Source: an uncultured Clostridia bacterium (GTDB lineage: Bacteria > Bacillota > Clostridia > Christensenellales > UBA1242). From it: a stretch of DNA of 40,568 bases. Under the pieces are notes generated by a model. That model worked only from the letters and a program-made list of their open reading frames with translations, searched no databases and was not told the origin of the DNA. A program made the translations under genes and the position numbers. Positions 18,354 through 29,033 of this stretch are shown here, one piece after another. Each line of letters opens with the position of its first letter. Positions within the stretch are counted from its first letter, which is position 1. Where the stretch lies: the NCBI GenBank assembly GCA_944372465.1, contig CALVZG010000038.1, positions 1 through 40,568 of the forward strand, read 5' to 3'.

Positions 18354-19160
18354 TTAATTTTTAAGTTCACTTATAGAATACTCTTTAAGTTCGCTTGAGT
18401 CTTCATCTTCAAACTTAACTGTAACAACCTGCTTTAAGATATCATTATAGATAACTTTACCCTCTCCATCTGGTGTTTTGACTATACTATTAACTTTGGG
18501 CATTATTTTAAGGACTTCGCTATAATACTGATTTTCATAAGCAAGACAGCACAGCATTTTGCCACAAATTCCGCTTATGCTGTTTGGGTTTAAACTTAAA
18601 CCTTGATTTTTTGCCATTTTGATTGAAATATGGTCGTCAATATCAAAACCTTTATGGCAACAACATTCAAGACCGCAAGGTCCATATCCTCCTAATATTC
18701 TTGCTGTATCTCTAGGCCCAATCTGCCTGAGTTCTATCCTAACCTTATATTTTTCAGCAAGCAATTTAACCAAATCTCTAAAATCTACTCTATTTTCAGC
18801 AGTAAAATTTATAGTAAGTCTAGAAAAATTATAATTGCACTCAACTGATATAACTTTCATATCAAGAGATTTATTTTTGATAATATCTTTTATTTCAGGT
18901 AAGTATGTTTCTGCTCTCTTTTGATTTTCTTTTGCAGCCTTTATCTCTGCATCACTTGCTTTTTTTATAACATTTTTTAAAGGTTCTACAAGTTCTGACT
19001 CGTCAATTAGAAACTTTTCTTTGACAATTTTGACAATATCTTTGCCCTTTTCTGTATCAACAATTACCAAGTCATTTAGATGTAAATCTAATTTATTAGG
19101 ACTAAATGAATAACTATGACTTCCATTATTGAATTTTGCTTGAACTACTTCTATTTGCAT
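18354..19160 (-). CDS. ricT: RicT/YaaT (PSP1 domain) protein
   Basis: RVDFRDLV, RIELRQIG, GPCGLECCC, KMAKNQ, SGICGKMLCCL.YE. Confidence 0.93.
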   Translation of the reverse strand: MQIEVVQAKFNNGSHSYSFSPNKLDLHLNDLVIVDTEKGKDIVKIVKEKFLIDESELVEPLKNVIKKASDAEIKAAKENQKRAETYLPEIKDIIKNKSLDMKVISVECNYNFSRLTINFTAENRVDFRDLVKLLAEKYKVRIELRQIGPRDTARILGGYGPCGLECCCHKGFDIDDHISIKMAKNQGLSLNPNSISGICGKMLCCLAYENQYYSEVLKIMPKVNSIVKTPDGEGKVIYNDILKQVVTVKFEDEDSSELKEYSISELKN

Positions 19161-20104
19161 ATAAATTTAACCTCCAAAATATTAAGTAACATATTTTCTA
19201 AAATTGTTGTTCTATTTACATTGTAAAATTTTTCTTTAACCGCTTTATCAAAAACTTTTTGTAATTCACAAATTGCTTTCATGGTATAATTATCTTTAAT
19301 TTTTATAAATTCATCTTTAATTTGTGGCAATCGAAGAATTGGTATGTTGTTTTTAATTGCAATAATATCTTCAAGTGCTATAGAAAGAATCTCCATTATT
19401 AAATCAAAATATTGACTATTATTAATTAAGTCTTTTGCATAAAAAAGGACATCTTTGCTTGAACTCATTTTTGTAAGAACGGAAATTGTACTTTGAAAAA
19501 TTGAGGTGAGATTTTTTATTTTTGATAACTTCTCTGCTCTGCCTAAATAGCCATCACAAAGACTTAAAATAAGTTGTTCGTTTTCTTCCCCTTTCAAAAA
19601 ATCTTTTATAACATTTTCATTTATTTTTCCAAGTTCGAATTTGTTACAACGCGACCTTATTGTAGGAAGAACAAGATTAATATTTGTGCAAGTTAAAATT
19701 ATAAATACATTTTTAGGTGGCTCTTCAAGAAGTTTAAGAAGTTTATTTTGTGCACTTTCCATAGAGTTGTCAAAATCTTTTATAATGAAAACTTTTTTAT
19801 CTCCTTGAATAGGCGAAGCATAACTTTCAAAAACTATTTCTTCGCTATCACTTACAAGTAATTTATCCTTTTGCGGATATATTTTTAAATCTGGATGGGA
19901 ATTAGCAACAACCCTTAAATAGTTTTCATTATCTATAAATTCTCCATTATTCAAAATAATACTCGCTATCAATCTAGCCATATCAAAAGAATAAAGGTTA
20001 TCTTTTGAAATCAATAAGATTGATTTTGATAGACTACCCTTTTGTGCTTCTTTCAAAATTATGTTAAAATCTTTTGTTTTTGATATAACATCAATTATTT
20101 CCAT
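19151..20104 (-). CDS. holB: DNA polymerase III delta' subunit
   Basis: HPD, AQNKLLKLLEEPP, LPTIRSRC; synteny with ricT. Confidence 0.9.
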   Translation of the reverse strand: MEIIDVISKTKDFNIILKEAQKGSLSKSILLISKDNLYSFDMARLIASIILNNGEFIDNENYLRVVANSHPDLKIYPQKDKLLVSDSEEIVFESYASPIQGDKKVFIIKDFDNSMESAQNKLLKLLEEPPKNVFIILTCTNINLVLPTIRSRCNKFELGKINENVIKDFLKGEENEQLILSLCDGYLGRAEKLSKIKNLTSIFQSTISVLTKMSSSKDVLFYAKDLINNSQYFDLIMEILSIALEDIIAIKNNIPILRLPQIKDEFIKIKDNYTMKAICELQKVFDKAVKEKFYNVNRTTILENMLLNILEVKFICK

Positions 20105-20254
20105 AAAGATATTTTATCACATTTCTTGTCAATAAATAAAGTGTTTTTTATAATAAATAAAAAATAAAAGCAAAAATACATTATAATATAAAAAAAACAA
20201 TCATTTGATTTTATCTTTATTGTTTTAATGCTAAAATAATTTTAAGGAGATAAC

Positions 20255-21829
20255 ATGACAAAACTTCAAAATATAGCAAAAATAGCAAAAAAATTAGGCC
20301 TTAAGAAAAAAAATATAGATTGTTATGGCAATTATATGGCAAAAATAAATGAAATCAAAATGAAATCAAAAAAAGGAAAACTTATTTTGATTTCCTCTAT
20401 AAACCCAACAAAATTTGGTGAAGGTAAAACTACAGTTGCTATAAGTCTTGCAGATAGTTTAAAAAGTCTAAAGAAAAAAGCAATTCTTGCCTTAAGAGAA
20501 CCATCTCTTGGACCTGTTTTTGGTGTAAAAGGTGGAGCAACCGGCGGAGGAAATGCAACAATTGAGCCGAAAGATAAAATAAATCTACATTTCACAGGCG
20601 ACTTTCATGCAATAACTTCTACTAATAATTTACTTTGCGCTTTAATTGATAATCACTTATATCATGGCAATAGTCTTAATATTGATGAAAATAATATATT
20701 ATTTCATAGATGTATTGATATGAATGATAGGGCATTGCGAGAAATTACTATTTCACAAGAAAAATTAAATAATAATGTAGAAAGAAAAGAAAATTTTGTT
20801 ATTACTGCTGCAAGCGAAATTATGGCAATACTATGTTTGTCAAAAGATATTGAAGAATTAAAATCAAGATTAGGGGATATTTTAATAGCCTATTCTAAAG
20901 ACAACAAACCCCTCTTTGCTAAAGATTTAAAAGCAGAAAATAGTATGGCTATACTTTTAAAAGATGCAATAAAACCCAACCTCGTTCAAACATTAAATGG
21001 TACTCCTGCTATAGTTCATGGAGGGCCTTTTGCCAACATAGCACATGGTTGCAATTCATTTTTAGCAACTGATTATGCTTTAAATTTAGGTGATTATTGT
21101 ATCACAGAAGCAGGATTTGGGGGAGATCTAGGAGGTGAAAAATTTTTAGATTTTAAATGTCGATTAAATAATTTTAATCCAAACATAATAATTTTAGTTG
21201 TAACAATCAAGGCTTTAAAAGCACATGGAACTGATGGCGCTCTTGAAAAGGGATTTGAAAATTTGCAAAAACATTTATTAAATTTTAAAAATATTTTTAA
21301 TAAAAATGTAATAATAGCAATTAATAAATTTGATAATGACAATGAAAAAGATATAAAAGCGATAATAGAATATTGCAAACAATTAAATTTTAAAGCGGTT
21401 GTATCTTCCCCTTATTTTAACAGCAAATTAGGCTGTGTTGAACTTGCAAAAGAAGTGATAAAATTATGTGAATACGATAATTCACCTTTAAAATTTTCAT
21501 ATGACTTTAATGACAGCATTAAAAATAAAATATCAGATATTGCAATTAAAGTTTACGGTGCAAAAAAAGTTGTTTTCTCAAAAAATGCTTTAAAAAAGAT
21601 AAAGTTATATGAAAAACTAGCAAAAGGTTTTGCTGTTATAATTGCAAAGACTCAATATTCTTTGTCAGATAATGAAAAACTTCTAGGTGCTCCCCGAGAT
21701 TTTATTTTTCATGTTCAAGATGTAGAAATAAAAAATGGAGCAAAATTTATAGTTGCCAAGGCAGGCAAAATAACACTTATGCCGGGGCTCCCTGCTCACC
21801 CAAATTCAGAGAAAATGGAATTAGATTAA
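20255..21829 (+). CDS. fhs: Formate--tetrahydrofolate ligase
   Basis: PTKFGEGKTT, LREPSLGP, HFTGDFHA, HGGPFANIAHG, TEAGFG, MPGLP. Confidence 0.97.
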   Translation: MTKLQNIAKIAKKLGLKKKNIDCYGNYMAKINEIKMKSKKGKLILISSINPTKFGEGKTTVAISLADSLKSLKKKAILALREPSLGPVFGVKGGATGGGNATIEPKDKINLHFTGDFHAITSTNNLLCALIDNHLYHGNSLNIDENNILFHRCIDMNDRALREITISQEKLNNNVERKENFVITAASEIMAILCLSKDIEELKSRLGDILIAYSKDNKPLFAKDLKAENSMAILLKDAIKPNLVQTLNGTPAIVHGGPFANIAHGCNSFLATDYALNLGDYCITEAGFGGDLGGEKFLDFKCRLNNFNPNIIILVVTIKALKAHGTDGALEKGFENLQKHLLNFKNIFNKNVIIAINKFDNDNEKDIKAIIEYCKQLNFKAVVSSPYFNSKLGCVELAKEVIKLCEYDNSPLKFSYDFNDSIKNKISDIAIKVYGAKKVVFSKNALKKIKLYEKLAKGFAVIIAKTQYSLSDNEKLLGAPRDFIFHVQDVEIKNGAKFIVAKAGKITLMPGLPAHPNSEKMELD

Positions 21830-22040
21830 AAAGGCTTAATAAAAAATTAAAAGAATAATAAATTAAATTAAATTAAATAAAAAATAAGAAAAAAAATAAA
21901 AAAGCAAAAAAATAGGCTTTTTATAAATATTATAAATAAATATTAAAAATTGAAGAATTAAAATAAAAAATTAAAAAATTATTCTTTTATTTTATTGTTA
22001 TTTTTTAATTTTTTTCTTTTTATTTTTTTGTTTTTTATTT

Positions 22041-22967
22041 TTAATCTTTTTGTTTTTTATTTTTAATTAATTTTTTTATGTTTGGCACAATAATAGTTAT
22101 ACCTCCTTTTATAACTTCAAAATCAAAACTCCCTGCACCAATCTTTTCTCCATCCAAATTTATAATAGTATCAGATGTGGTTTGAATATTAAATTTATTT
22201 AATTGTAAATGTTTAACACTTTTTGTAGATTTGTTCTTTATCCCTTTTAGAAAGAAGATAGCAACTTTGCAAATTGCCGAAAAATTTACTTTATCTTTGC
22301 TACTTTTTATTAAAATAATATCGACTAATCCGTCATTAAGCATTGCCCTTCTATTGATTTTAAACCCTGCCACGCTTCGTGAATTTACAATAAGCATAAG
22401 AGCGAATTTTCCTTCTACCTCTCCATCATCATAACTTAATTTTAATTTTACTGACGGAGTAGTAAACATTTTTTTTGTAGCATGCAGTGCATAAGCAATC
22501 TTCCCCATTTTTTTCTTTTGATTTTGGTCGGTAGCATAACTTGTTTCTGTAAACAGTCCACTACAACAAACATAAATTCCATATCTATCATTCATTTTAA
22601 AGATATCGTGTTTAAATTCTTGACCATTTAAAATATTATTTACTGCTTTTTTTATGTTCCTCGGAATGCCTAAACTATGAGCAACATCGTTTACCGTGCC
22701 TGAAGGAATATATCCTATTTTTGGTTTGTTTTTCAATCGGCATATGCTGTTTATAGCCTCATTAAGCGTTCCATCTCCACCAGCCACAACTACTAAACTT
22801 ACTTCTTCCCCCTTTTGAAGTATAATCTCTCCAATATGCCCGCTATATTTTGATTGATATACTTCAACATTAAATTTGCCCTCTAATAGTTTGACTATCT
22901 CTTTTTCATGTTTTTTAATTTTCCCTTTCCCGCTAAGAGGATTATATACAAAAATACACTTATCCAT
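22041..22967 (-). CDS. Diacylglycerol/lipid kinase family (YegS/DgkB-like)
   Basis: YNPLSG, AGGDGT, PSGTVND, NLDGE; start moved to MDKCIF. Confidence 0.9.
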   Translation of the reverse strand: MDKCIFVYNPLSGKGKIKKHEKEIVKLLEGKFNVEVYQSKYSGHIGEIILQKGEEVSLVVVAGGDGTLNEAINSICRLKNKPKIGYIPSGTVNDVAHSLGIPRNIKKAVNNILNGQEFKHDIFKMNDRYGIYVCCSGLFTETSYATDQNQKKKMGKIAYALHATKKMFTTPSVKLKLSYDDGEVEGKFALMLIVNSRSVAGFKINRRAMLNDGLVDIILIKSSKDKVNFSAICKVAIFFLKGIKNKSTKSVKHLQLNKFNIQTTSDTIINLDGEKIGAGSFDFEVIKGGITIIVPNIKKLIKNKKQKD

Positions 22968-23075
22968 ATAATTATTTATACTCAAATTAGTTAATTAAGT
23001 CAATAATTAATTAAAATATTAAAAAATTTGTATTTTTATTTTTAAAAATAAGCAAAAAATGTTATATTCAATAAT

Positions 23076-24161
23076 ATGAGAAATAATGATATAGAAAAAA
23101 AGAAAATTGATAAAAATATCTTAAAATTAGTTATGCAAATATTCATTATTGCTTTTGCAGGACTTTTAGGTGGTTGTGCTTTTAAAACTTTTTTTGAATC
23201 TGTTGGAATTATTCCTACAGGATTATCTGGCTTTTCTCTAATTTTGCATAACCTATTTTTAAAGGCAAACATTTCTATCCCTACTTCTATATTTTATTTG
23301 GGAATAAACGCAATATTATTCTTAATTGCCTTAAAAGTTTTTGGCTGGAAATTTTTACTTTTATCCAGTATAGGAATTGGTTGTTACACAATAGGTATGC
23401 AATTTGGGGCAATTCACGGCATTGCAGACCTGCCTGTTGATGAAATAGATTCTCTCCTATATTGTATTGTTGGCGGAATGTTTATGGGGTTAAGTATAGG
23501 CATTGCTTTGCGATATGGTGGTTCAACAGGTGGAAGCGATGTAGCAGGGGCTTTAATAAATAAATATTTTCCTGAAATTAAAACAGGTTATTGTCTATTA
23601 GGTATTAATATTTTAGTTATAATACTTAGTATTGTTTCTTCTGGAAGTTTATATATTGGTCTCTATGCTTTGGTTATGACAATTATAAGTTCTATGGCAA
23701 CTAATTTTGTACTTGATGATTCTAAACAAGTTGTTTCTTTTTATATTATATGTGATAAAGATAATGAAATATCAGAGGCAATTTTAAATAGATTCCATAG
23801 GGGCGTAACTAAATTAGATGTTCAAGGAATGTTCTCAAAAAAAGAAAAGAGTATGCTTTTATCTCTTATACCAAAAGGGCAAGCACATGAAATGAAAAAA
23901 CTTGTTAAAGAAATAGATGAAAATGCCTTTGTGTTTTCTTCTACCGTAAGTGAAACTCTCGGCGATGGCAATTTTATGAAAGAGTTGTCAATATTTAAAA
24001 ATAAAATAAATAATGCAAAATTAAATCTAAAAACAAATATTAAATATAAAATTAAATTAAATATAAAAAAAGAAAAAATTTTTAAAAAACGCAAAAAATT
24101 TGTTTGTTATAAACAATTAGAAAATAATTTGGATTTGTCAAAACAAAGTAAATTAATATAA
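23076..24161 (+). CDS. YitT family membrane protein (DUF161/DUF2179)
   Basis: TGLSG, GGSTGGSD, HRGVT, IDENAFV; extra basic C-terminal tail. Confidence 0.9.
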   Translation: MRNNDIEKKKIDKNILKLVMQIFIIAFAGLLGGCAFKTFFESVGIIPTGLSGFSLILHNLFLKANISIPTSIFYLGINAILFLIALKVFGWKFLLLSSIGIGCYTIGMQFGAIHGIADLPVDEIDSLLYCIVGGMFMGLSIGIALRYGGSTGGSDVAGALINKYFPEIKTGYCLLGINILVIILSIVSSGSLYIGLYALVMTIISSMATNFVLDDSKQVVSFYIICDKDNEISEAILNRFHRGVTKLDVQGMFSKKEKSMLLSLIPKGQAHEMKKLVKEIDENAFVFSSTVSETLGDGNFMKELSIFKNKINNAKLNLKTNIKYKIKLNIKKEKIFKKRKKFVCYKQLENNLDLSKQSKLI

Positions 24162-24192
24162 TTATAATGAATTTAATAAATCAATAAAAAAG

Positions 24193-24226
24193 AAACTTGC
24201 AATGTAAGATTTTTTGCAAGTTTTTT
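24193..24226. terminator. Bidirectional terminator
   Basis: AAACTTGCAA...TTGCAAGTTT. Confidence 0.7.
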
Positions 24227-24272
24227 ATTTATTATTTATAATTTAATTCTCTTTTTAAATATTGATATATTT

Positions 24273-25082
24273 TTAAATATAAAATTTTCTCACTATAAAA
24301 TTGACTAATTTGTTTGGTAAAACTCTAGGCAAAAATACAACACATTTATAAAATAAACCAACTGTTTTTCTTAATGGCGGGTTTTTCTTTTTTAATACTT
24401 TAACAACTGCTTTACCTACTAAATCTGGGCTTTTACCTCTTAACTCGTCTTTCTCTACTTTCTTTATTGATTTTTCCACTTCTTGTTTTCTTTGAAGATT
24501 GTTTTCATCATTATCAATTATTCTTGAACTAGTAAAATTGGTTTTTGTATCTCCCGGCAAAATTGCTGTAACATATATTTTATCTTTTTTCACTTCGCTT
24601 GCTAATGCTCTTGAAAAAATATCTACACCCGCTTTGGTTGCACTATATGTTGCTTGTAAAGGTAAGGGAATTATTCCTCCCACAGAAGAAATATTTATAA
24701 TGTTACCGCCACCACTTTCTTTTAAATATTTTATTACTCTTCCACTTATTGCTATTACAGCAGAAAGGTTGGTTTCTACTAAAGAATAGATATTCTCTGT
24801 TTTTGTGTTTTCAATTAAGCCCGCAATTCCAAAGCCTGCATTGTTAACAAAAATATCAATATGCCCTTCTTTATTAAAAATATCTTGTAAAATATCATCA
24901 ATTTTATCTGTAGAATTTACATTACAACTGTAGGCTTGCCTTATTTCTTCATGTTGCCTTACTGTTCTTGAAATATCATAGACAATAGCCCCATTTTTAT
25001 GTAAAGATTTTGCAATTGAATATCCTATACCACTGCTCCCACCTGTTATGACTGCAACTTTACCTAACAATTTATTTTTCAT
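24273..25082 (-). CDS. Short-chain dehydrogenase/reductase
   Basis: TGGSSGIG, NNAG, SS, YSATK. Confidence 0.95.
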   Translation of the reverse strand: MKNKLLGKVAVITGGSSGIGYSIAKSLHKNGAIVYDISRTVRQHEEIRQAYSCNVNSTDKIDDILQDIFNKEGHIDIFVNNAGFGIAGLIENTKTENIYSLVETNLSAVIAISGRVIKYLKESGGGNIINISSVGGIIPLPLQATYSATKAGVDIFSRALASEVKKDKIYVTAILPGDTKTNFTSSRIIDNDENNLQRKQEVEKSIKKVEKDELRGKSPDLVGKAVVKVLKKKNPPLRKTVGLFYKCVVFLPRVLPNKLVNFIVRKFYI

Positions 25083-25135
25083 TTTCCCTCATCTTTTAGT
25101 TTTATTATTAATTTGCAAATTTTAAATTCTGCTTT

Positions 25136-26005
25136 TTATAAAATTCGGCAACAAGCCAAAGCAATCGCCCCGCTTCCTATGTGGCATGAAACGCTCAATG
25201 AAAGAGGTTCTATAAATGAAATTTCTAAATCAGTGATTTCTGCCTTCACCTGCTCGGCAAATTTCATTATTTTATCATAGCAATTAGTATACGCCAAAAA
25301 CAATTTTAACTGTCCTTTATCATAGAACTCTTTAAATCTAGTTTCTATGTCTTTTTTTATAGCGTCTATCATCTTGTTTTTTGCAACCTTATCATTTAAC
25401 ACTTTTGCAAAACTATCAAGTTTTCCACCTTGTATTTGCAAAACAGGCTTTATTTTAAGCATTGTTCCAATCGCTGCTGCCGCTGGCGTAATTCTTCCAC
25501 CTTTTTTCAAATATTTAAGAGTATCAACCATGATATAAATACTTGAATCTAAAGCAGTCTTTTCTAGAATATCTTTTATTTCTAAAGCGGTTTTACCTTG
25601 TTTTATCAAATTTAATGCATCAAATACAGATTGTTTTTGTGTAACCGAAATTCTTTTATTATCTATTACTAAAACTTTGCCATTATACTCTTGAGCAAAA
25701 TTTTTGGCCGTTTCACAAGACATGCTGAGTGCACTTGACATTGGAATATGCAAGATATAATCATAACTTTTTAAAAGTTCTTCCCATAGTTCTATAATTC
25801 CTCCGATAGACGGCTGGGAAGTTGAAATATCTGCATCATTTAACAATTTCTGATAAAATTCTTCTTGAGTAAGGTTTATATCTTCAAAATATTCTTCGCC
25901 ATCAATGGTAAAAGGCATTGGGATAACATATATATCTTTTAATTCTTTTGCTTCATTTTGTGATATCCCTGAATTACTATCAGTTACTACTGCAATTTTA
26001 TTCAT
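25136..26005 (-). CDS. DegV family fatty-acid-binding protein
   Basis: VTDS, STSQPS, SSALS, YLKKGGRI, IKPVL, HIG. Confidence 0.95.
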   Translation of the reverse strand: MNKIAVVTDSNSGISQNEAKELKDIYVIPMPFTIDGEEYFEDINLTQEEFYQKLLNDADISTSQPSIGGIIELWEELLKSYDYILHIPMSSALSMSCETAKNFAQEYNGKVLVIDNKRISVTQKQSVFDALNLIKQGKTALEIKDILEKTALDSSIYIMVDTLKYLKKGGRITPAAAAIGTMLKIKPVLQIQGGKLDSFAKVLNDKVAKNKMIDAIKKDIETRFKEFYDKGQLKLFLAYTNCYDKIMKFAEQVKAEITDLEISFIEPLSLSVSCHIGSGAIALACCRIL

Positions 26006-26224
26006 AAAAAACTCTCCTTATAATTATTCTTTTATGATTATAGAAATAATCGCTTAAGTATTTTATCATAATCCTTATTATTTATCAACTCATTGTTTGT
26101 TTTAAAAGAAATTTTTTTATATAATTATTCATTTTGACTATAAAAATTTAAAAAATTAATTAAATCACTATGAAAAAAACATTAAAAGACCTATACTAAT
26201 AAAAAATAGTTAAAAGGATATCCA

Positions 26225-27463
26225 ATGGAAAAATATAAAATAGGCATTTTTATTGACGCATTTTATCCTATGATAGATGGTGTAATAACTGTCGTTGATA
26301 ATATAGCAAAATCTTTAATTGATAAACTTGATGTTACCGTTTTCACAATATCCCCTTATGGTAAACAAAAAGACACAATAAATCATCCATATAAAGTAGT
26401 TCGTTGTAAATCTTTCCCCTTGCCCAATTTAGATTATGATATACCTATGCCAAATTTTGACAAGCAATTTAAAAGAGAACTTAAATTACAAAATCTCGAC
26501 CTTGTTTATTGTCATTCACCTGTGTATATGGCAAGTCAAGCAATAAAATATGCAAAAAAGCACAAAATCCCTGTGCTCGCACACTTACATTCTCAATATA
26601 AAAGAGATATTTACAGGGCAACTCATAGCAAATTATTAACAAACATTGTATTAAAAATATTTTTAAAAAATTTTAATAAATGTGATTGTGCAATAGCAGT
26701 TAATGAATTCACAGCAAATCTTTTCAAAAATGAATATCACTTAAAAGTTCCAATAAAAATAATCTATAATGCCACCGACATGTTGCCTGTTGAAGACAAA
26801 AAAAGTGCATTTAATCTTATAAATGAAAGATATTCTTTAAAACCAGAAGAAAAAGTACTATTGTATGTTGGAAGAATTAACAAATTAAAAAATATTGATT
26901 TAATTTTAGAATCATTGCAAATTTTAATCCAGAAAATGTCTAATGTGAAATTGCTCTTGGTCGGAAATGGAAATGATGAAGATTATTTTAGAAAAAAGAT
27001 TCAAGATTTAAAAATTGAAAATAATGTAATATTTGCTGGTAAAATCACTGATAGAAAACTTTTGCAGTGCATATATTCTAGAGCAGACTTATTTCTTTTC
27101 CCTTCGCACTATGATACTGATGGTCTTGTAAAAATTGAAGCAGCTTCTCAAGGAACACCTACGGTGTTTGTAGAAAATACTGGTGCATCTTCATCAATTA
27201 AGGATAATTTGACTGGTTTTATTGCTAAAAATGATAAATTTTCTTATTCAAATAAAATATTTGAAGTCCTTCAAAACAAAGATTTATATGATAAAGCAAG
27301 CAAAAATATTCAAACAATGCTATATAGGACATGGCAAGATAGTGCAAGTGAAATATATGATATTATTGTAAAAATGATTGAATCTAATAAACAAACAAAA
27401 TTAATTAACTCTATTGAAAAATTAAAGAAAGATGATAAACTTAAGGAGAACAAAAATGGATAA
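26225..27463 (+). CDS. GT4 glycosyltransferase, diacylglycerol glucosyltransferase-like
   Basis: DAFYPMIDGV, HSP, HSQY, YVGRI..LKN, FPSHYDTDGLVKIEA. Confidence 0.85.
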   Translation: MEKYKIGIFIDAFYPMIDGVITVVDNIAKSLIDKLDVTVFTISPYGKQKDTINHPYKVVRCKSFPLPNLDYDIPMPNFDKQFKRELKLQNLDLVYCHSPVYMASQAIKYAKKHKIPVLAHLHSQYKRDIYRATHSKLLTNIVLKIFLKNFNKCDCAIAVNEFTANLFKNEYHLKVPIKIIYNATDMLPVEDKKSAFNLINERYSLKPEEKVLLYVGRINKLKNIDLILESLQILIQKMSNVKLLLVGNGNDEDYFRKKIQDLKIENNVIFAGKITDRKLLQCIYSRADLFLFPSHYDTDGLVKIEAASQGTPTVFVENTGASSSIKDNLTGFIAKNDKFSYSNKIFEVLQNKDLYDKASKNIQTMLYRTWQDSASEIYDIIVKMIESNKQTKLINSIEKLKKDDKLKENKNG

Positions 27464-28943
27464 AAAAATAGGTTTTGACAATGATTTATATGTGAAATTG
27501 CAAAGCGAAAAAATTTTAGAACGCATTAAAATGTTTAACAATAAACTTTATTTAGAATTTGGAGGAAAACTTTTCGATGACTTTCATGCCTCAAGGGTTT
27601 TGCCGGGCTTTGACCCTAATATAAAAACTAAACTTCTTGTAAAACTTAAAGATAAAGCAGAAATTATTTTCTGCATTTCAGCAAATGATATTGAAAAAAA
27701 TAGAATTAGAGCTGATCTTGGTCTTAGTTATGATAACGAAATGTTAAGACTTATTGATAACTTAAGAGGGCTTGGATTGTATGTATCTTCTATAGTGATT
27801 ACATTGTTTAAAGGTCAGACAGGAGCAACCAAATTTGCTCAAAAATTACAACAACATGGAGAAAAGGTCTATTTTCATAAATATACTAAAGGATACCCTA
27901 GTGATGTTGATGTGATTGTTTCAGATGAGGGCTATGGAGCAAATCCTTATATTGAAACCTCTCGTCCACTTGTTATCGTTACTGCTCCCGGCCCTTCTAG
28001 TGGAAAACTTGCTACTTGTTTAAGTCAACTATATCATGATTATAAAAGAGGTATCAAAGCAGGTTATGCTAAATTTGAAACTTTCCCTGTGTGGAACTTA
28101 CCTTTAAAACACCCTGTCAATATTGCTTACGAATCTGCCACTGCCGACCTTAAAGATATAAATCAAATTGACCCTTATCATTTTAGTGAATATGGAAAAC
28201 TTGCTGTAAATTATAATAGAGATATTGAAGTTTTCCCAGTTCTGAAAAATATTTTAAAAAAGATTTCTGGTAAAGAAATATATAAATCCCCTACAGATAT
28301 GGGAGTCAATATGGTTGCCAGTGCAATAACAGATGACGAAATAGTTCAAGAGGCATCAAAAAAAGAAATTGTTAGGCGTTATTATAAAGCAGAATGTGAT
28401 TATAAACGCGGGCTTGCTAGTTTTGAAACTGTCGAACGAACAAAATATTTAATGGCCGAACTTGACCTTACTGCTGACTATTTGAAAGTAGCAACTGAAG
28501 CAAAAATGGTTAGTAAACTTTCTGGCTACCCCTGCGTAGCCCTTCAATTACCTGATGGAGAAATTGTTTTTGGGAAAAATAAAAAAATAGTTTCTGCAAG
28601 TGGGGCAGTAATATTAAATGCTTTAAGGACTCTCGCTAAAATGGGAGATGATTTTGACATAATTTCTGATGATATCTTATTGCCTATAACAAAACTTCGA
28701 ACGGAATATTTACACTCTAATTCTTCTGTTTTAACTCTTGATGATGTTTTGATTGCACTTGCTATATCTTCAAAAAGCAATCCTAAAGCAAAACGAGCGC
28801 TGAAAAAATTAGGGGAACTAAAAAATTGCGAAGCCCATTGCACATATATTCTACATTCTGCAGAGGAACAAACGCTTAAAAAACTCGGTATTAATATAAC
28901 TTGTGAACCTGTATTTTTAAATAATAATTTATATGAAAATTAA
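27456..28943 (+). CDS. DUF1846 (UPF0371) P-loop-like protein
   Basis: KLYLEFGGKL.DD.HASRVLPGF, APGPSSGKLATCLSQ, YAKFETFP, SPTDMGVN; start after AAGGAG. Confidence 0.93.
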   Translation: MDKKIGFDNDLYVKLQSEKILERIKMFNNKLYLEFGGKLFDDFHASRVLPGFDPNIKTKLLVKLKDKAEIIFCISANDIEKNRIRADLGLSYDNEMLRLIDNLRGLGLYVSSIVITLFKGQTGATKFAQKLQQHGEKVYFHKYTKGYPSDVDVIVSDEGYGANPYIETSRPLVIVTAPGPSSGKLATCLSQLYHDYKRGIKAGYAKFETFPVWNLPLKHPVNIAYESATADLKDINQIDPYHFSEYGKLAVNYNRDIEVFPVLKNILKKISGKEIYKSPTDMGVNMVASAITDDEIVQEASKKEIVRRYYKAECDYKRGLASFETVERTKYLMAELDLTADYLKVATEAKMVSKLSGYPCVALQLPDGEIVFGKNKKIVSASGAVILNALRTLAKMGDDFDIISDDILLPITKLRTEYLHSNSSVLTLDDVLIALAISSKSNPKAKRALKKLGELKNCEAHCTYILHSAEEQTLKKLGINITCEPVFLNNNLYEN

Positions 28944-29001
28944 ACAAAATATAAAAAATAATATTAGTGATTAGTGATTTATTATTGCAAAGTGTTTTAA
29001 C

Positions 29002-29033
29002 AAAAAAGAGCATAAATATGAAATGCTCTTTTT
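29002..29033. terminator. Bidirectional terminator
   Basis: AAAAAGAGCAT...ATGCTCTTTTT. Confidence 0.75.
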
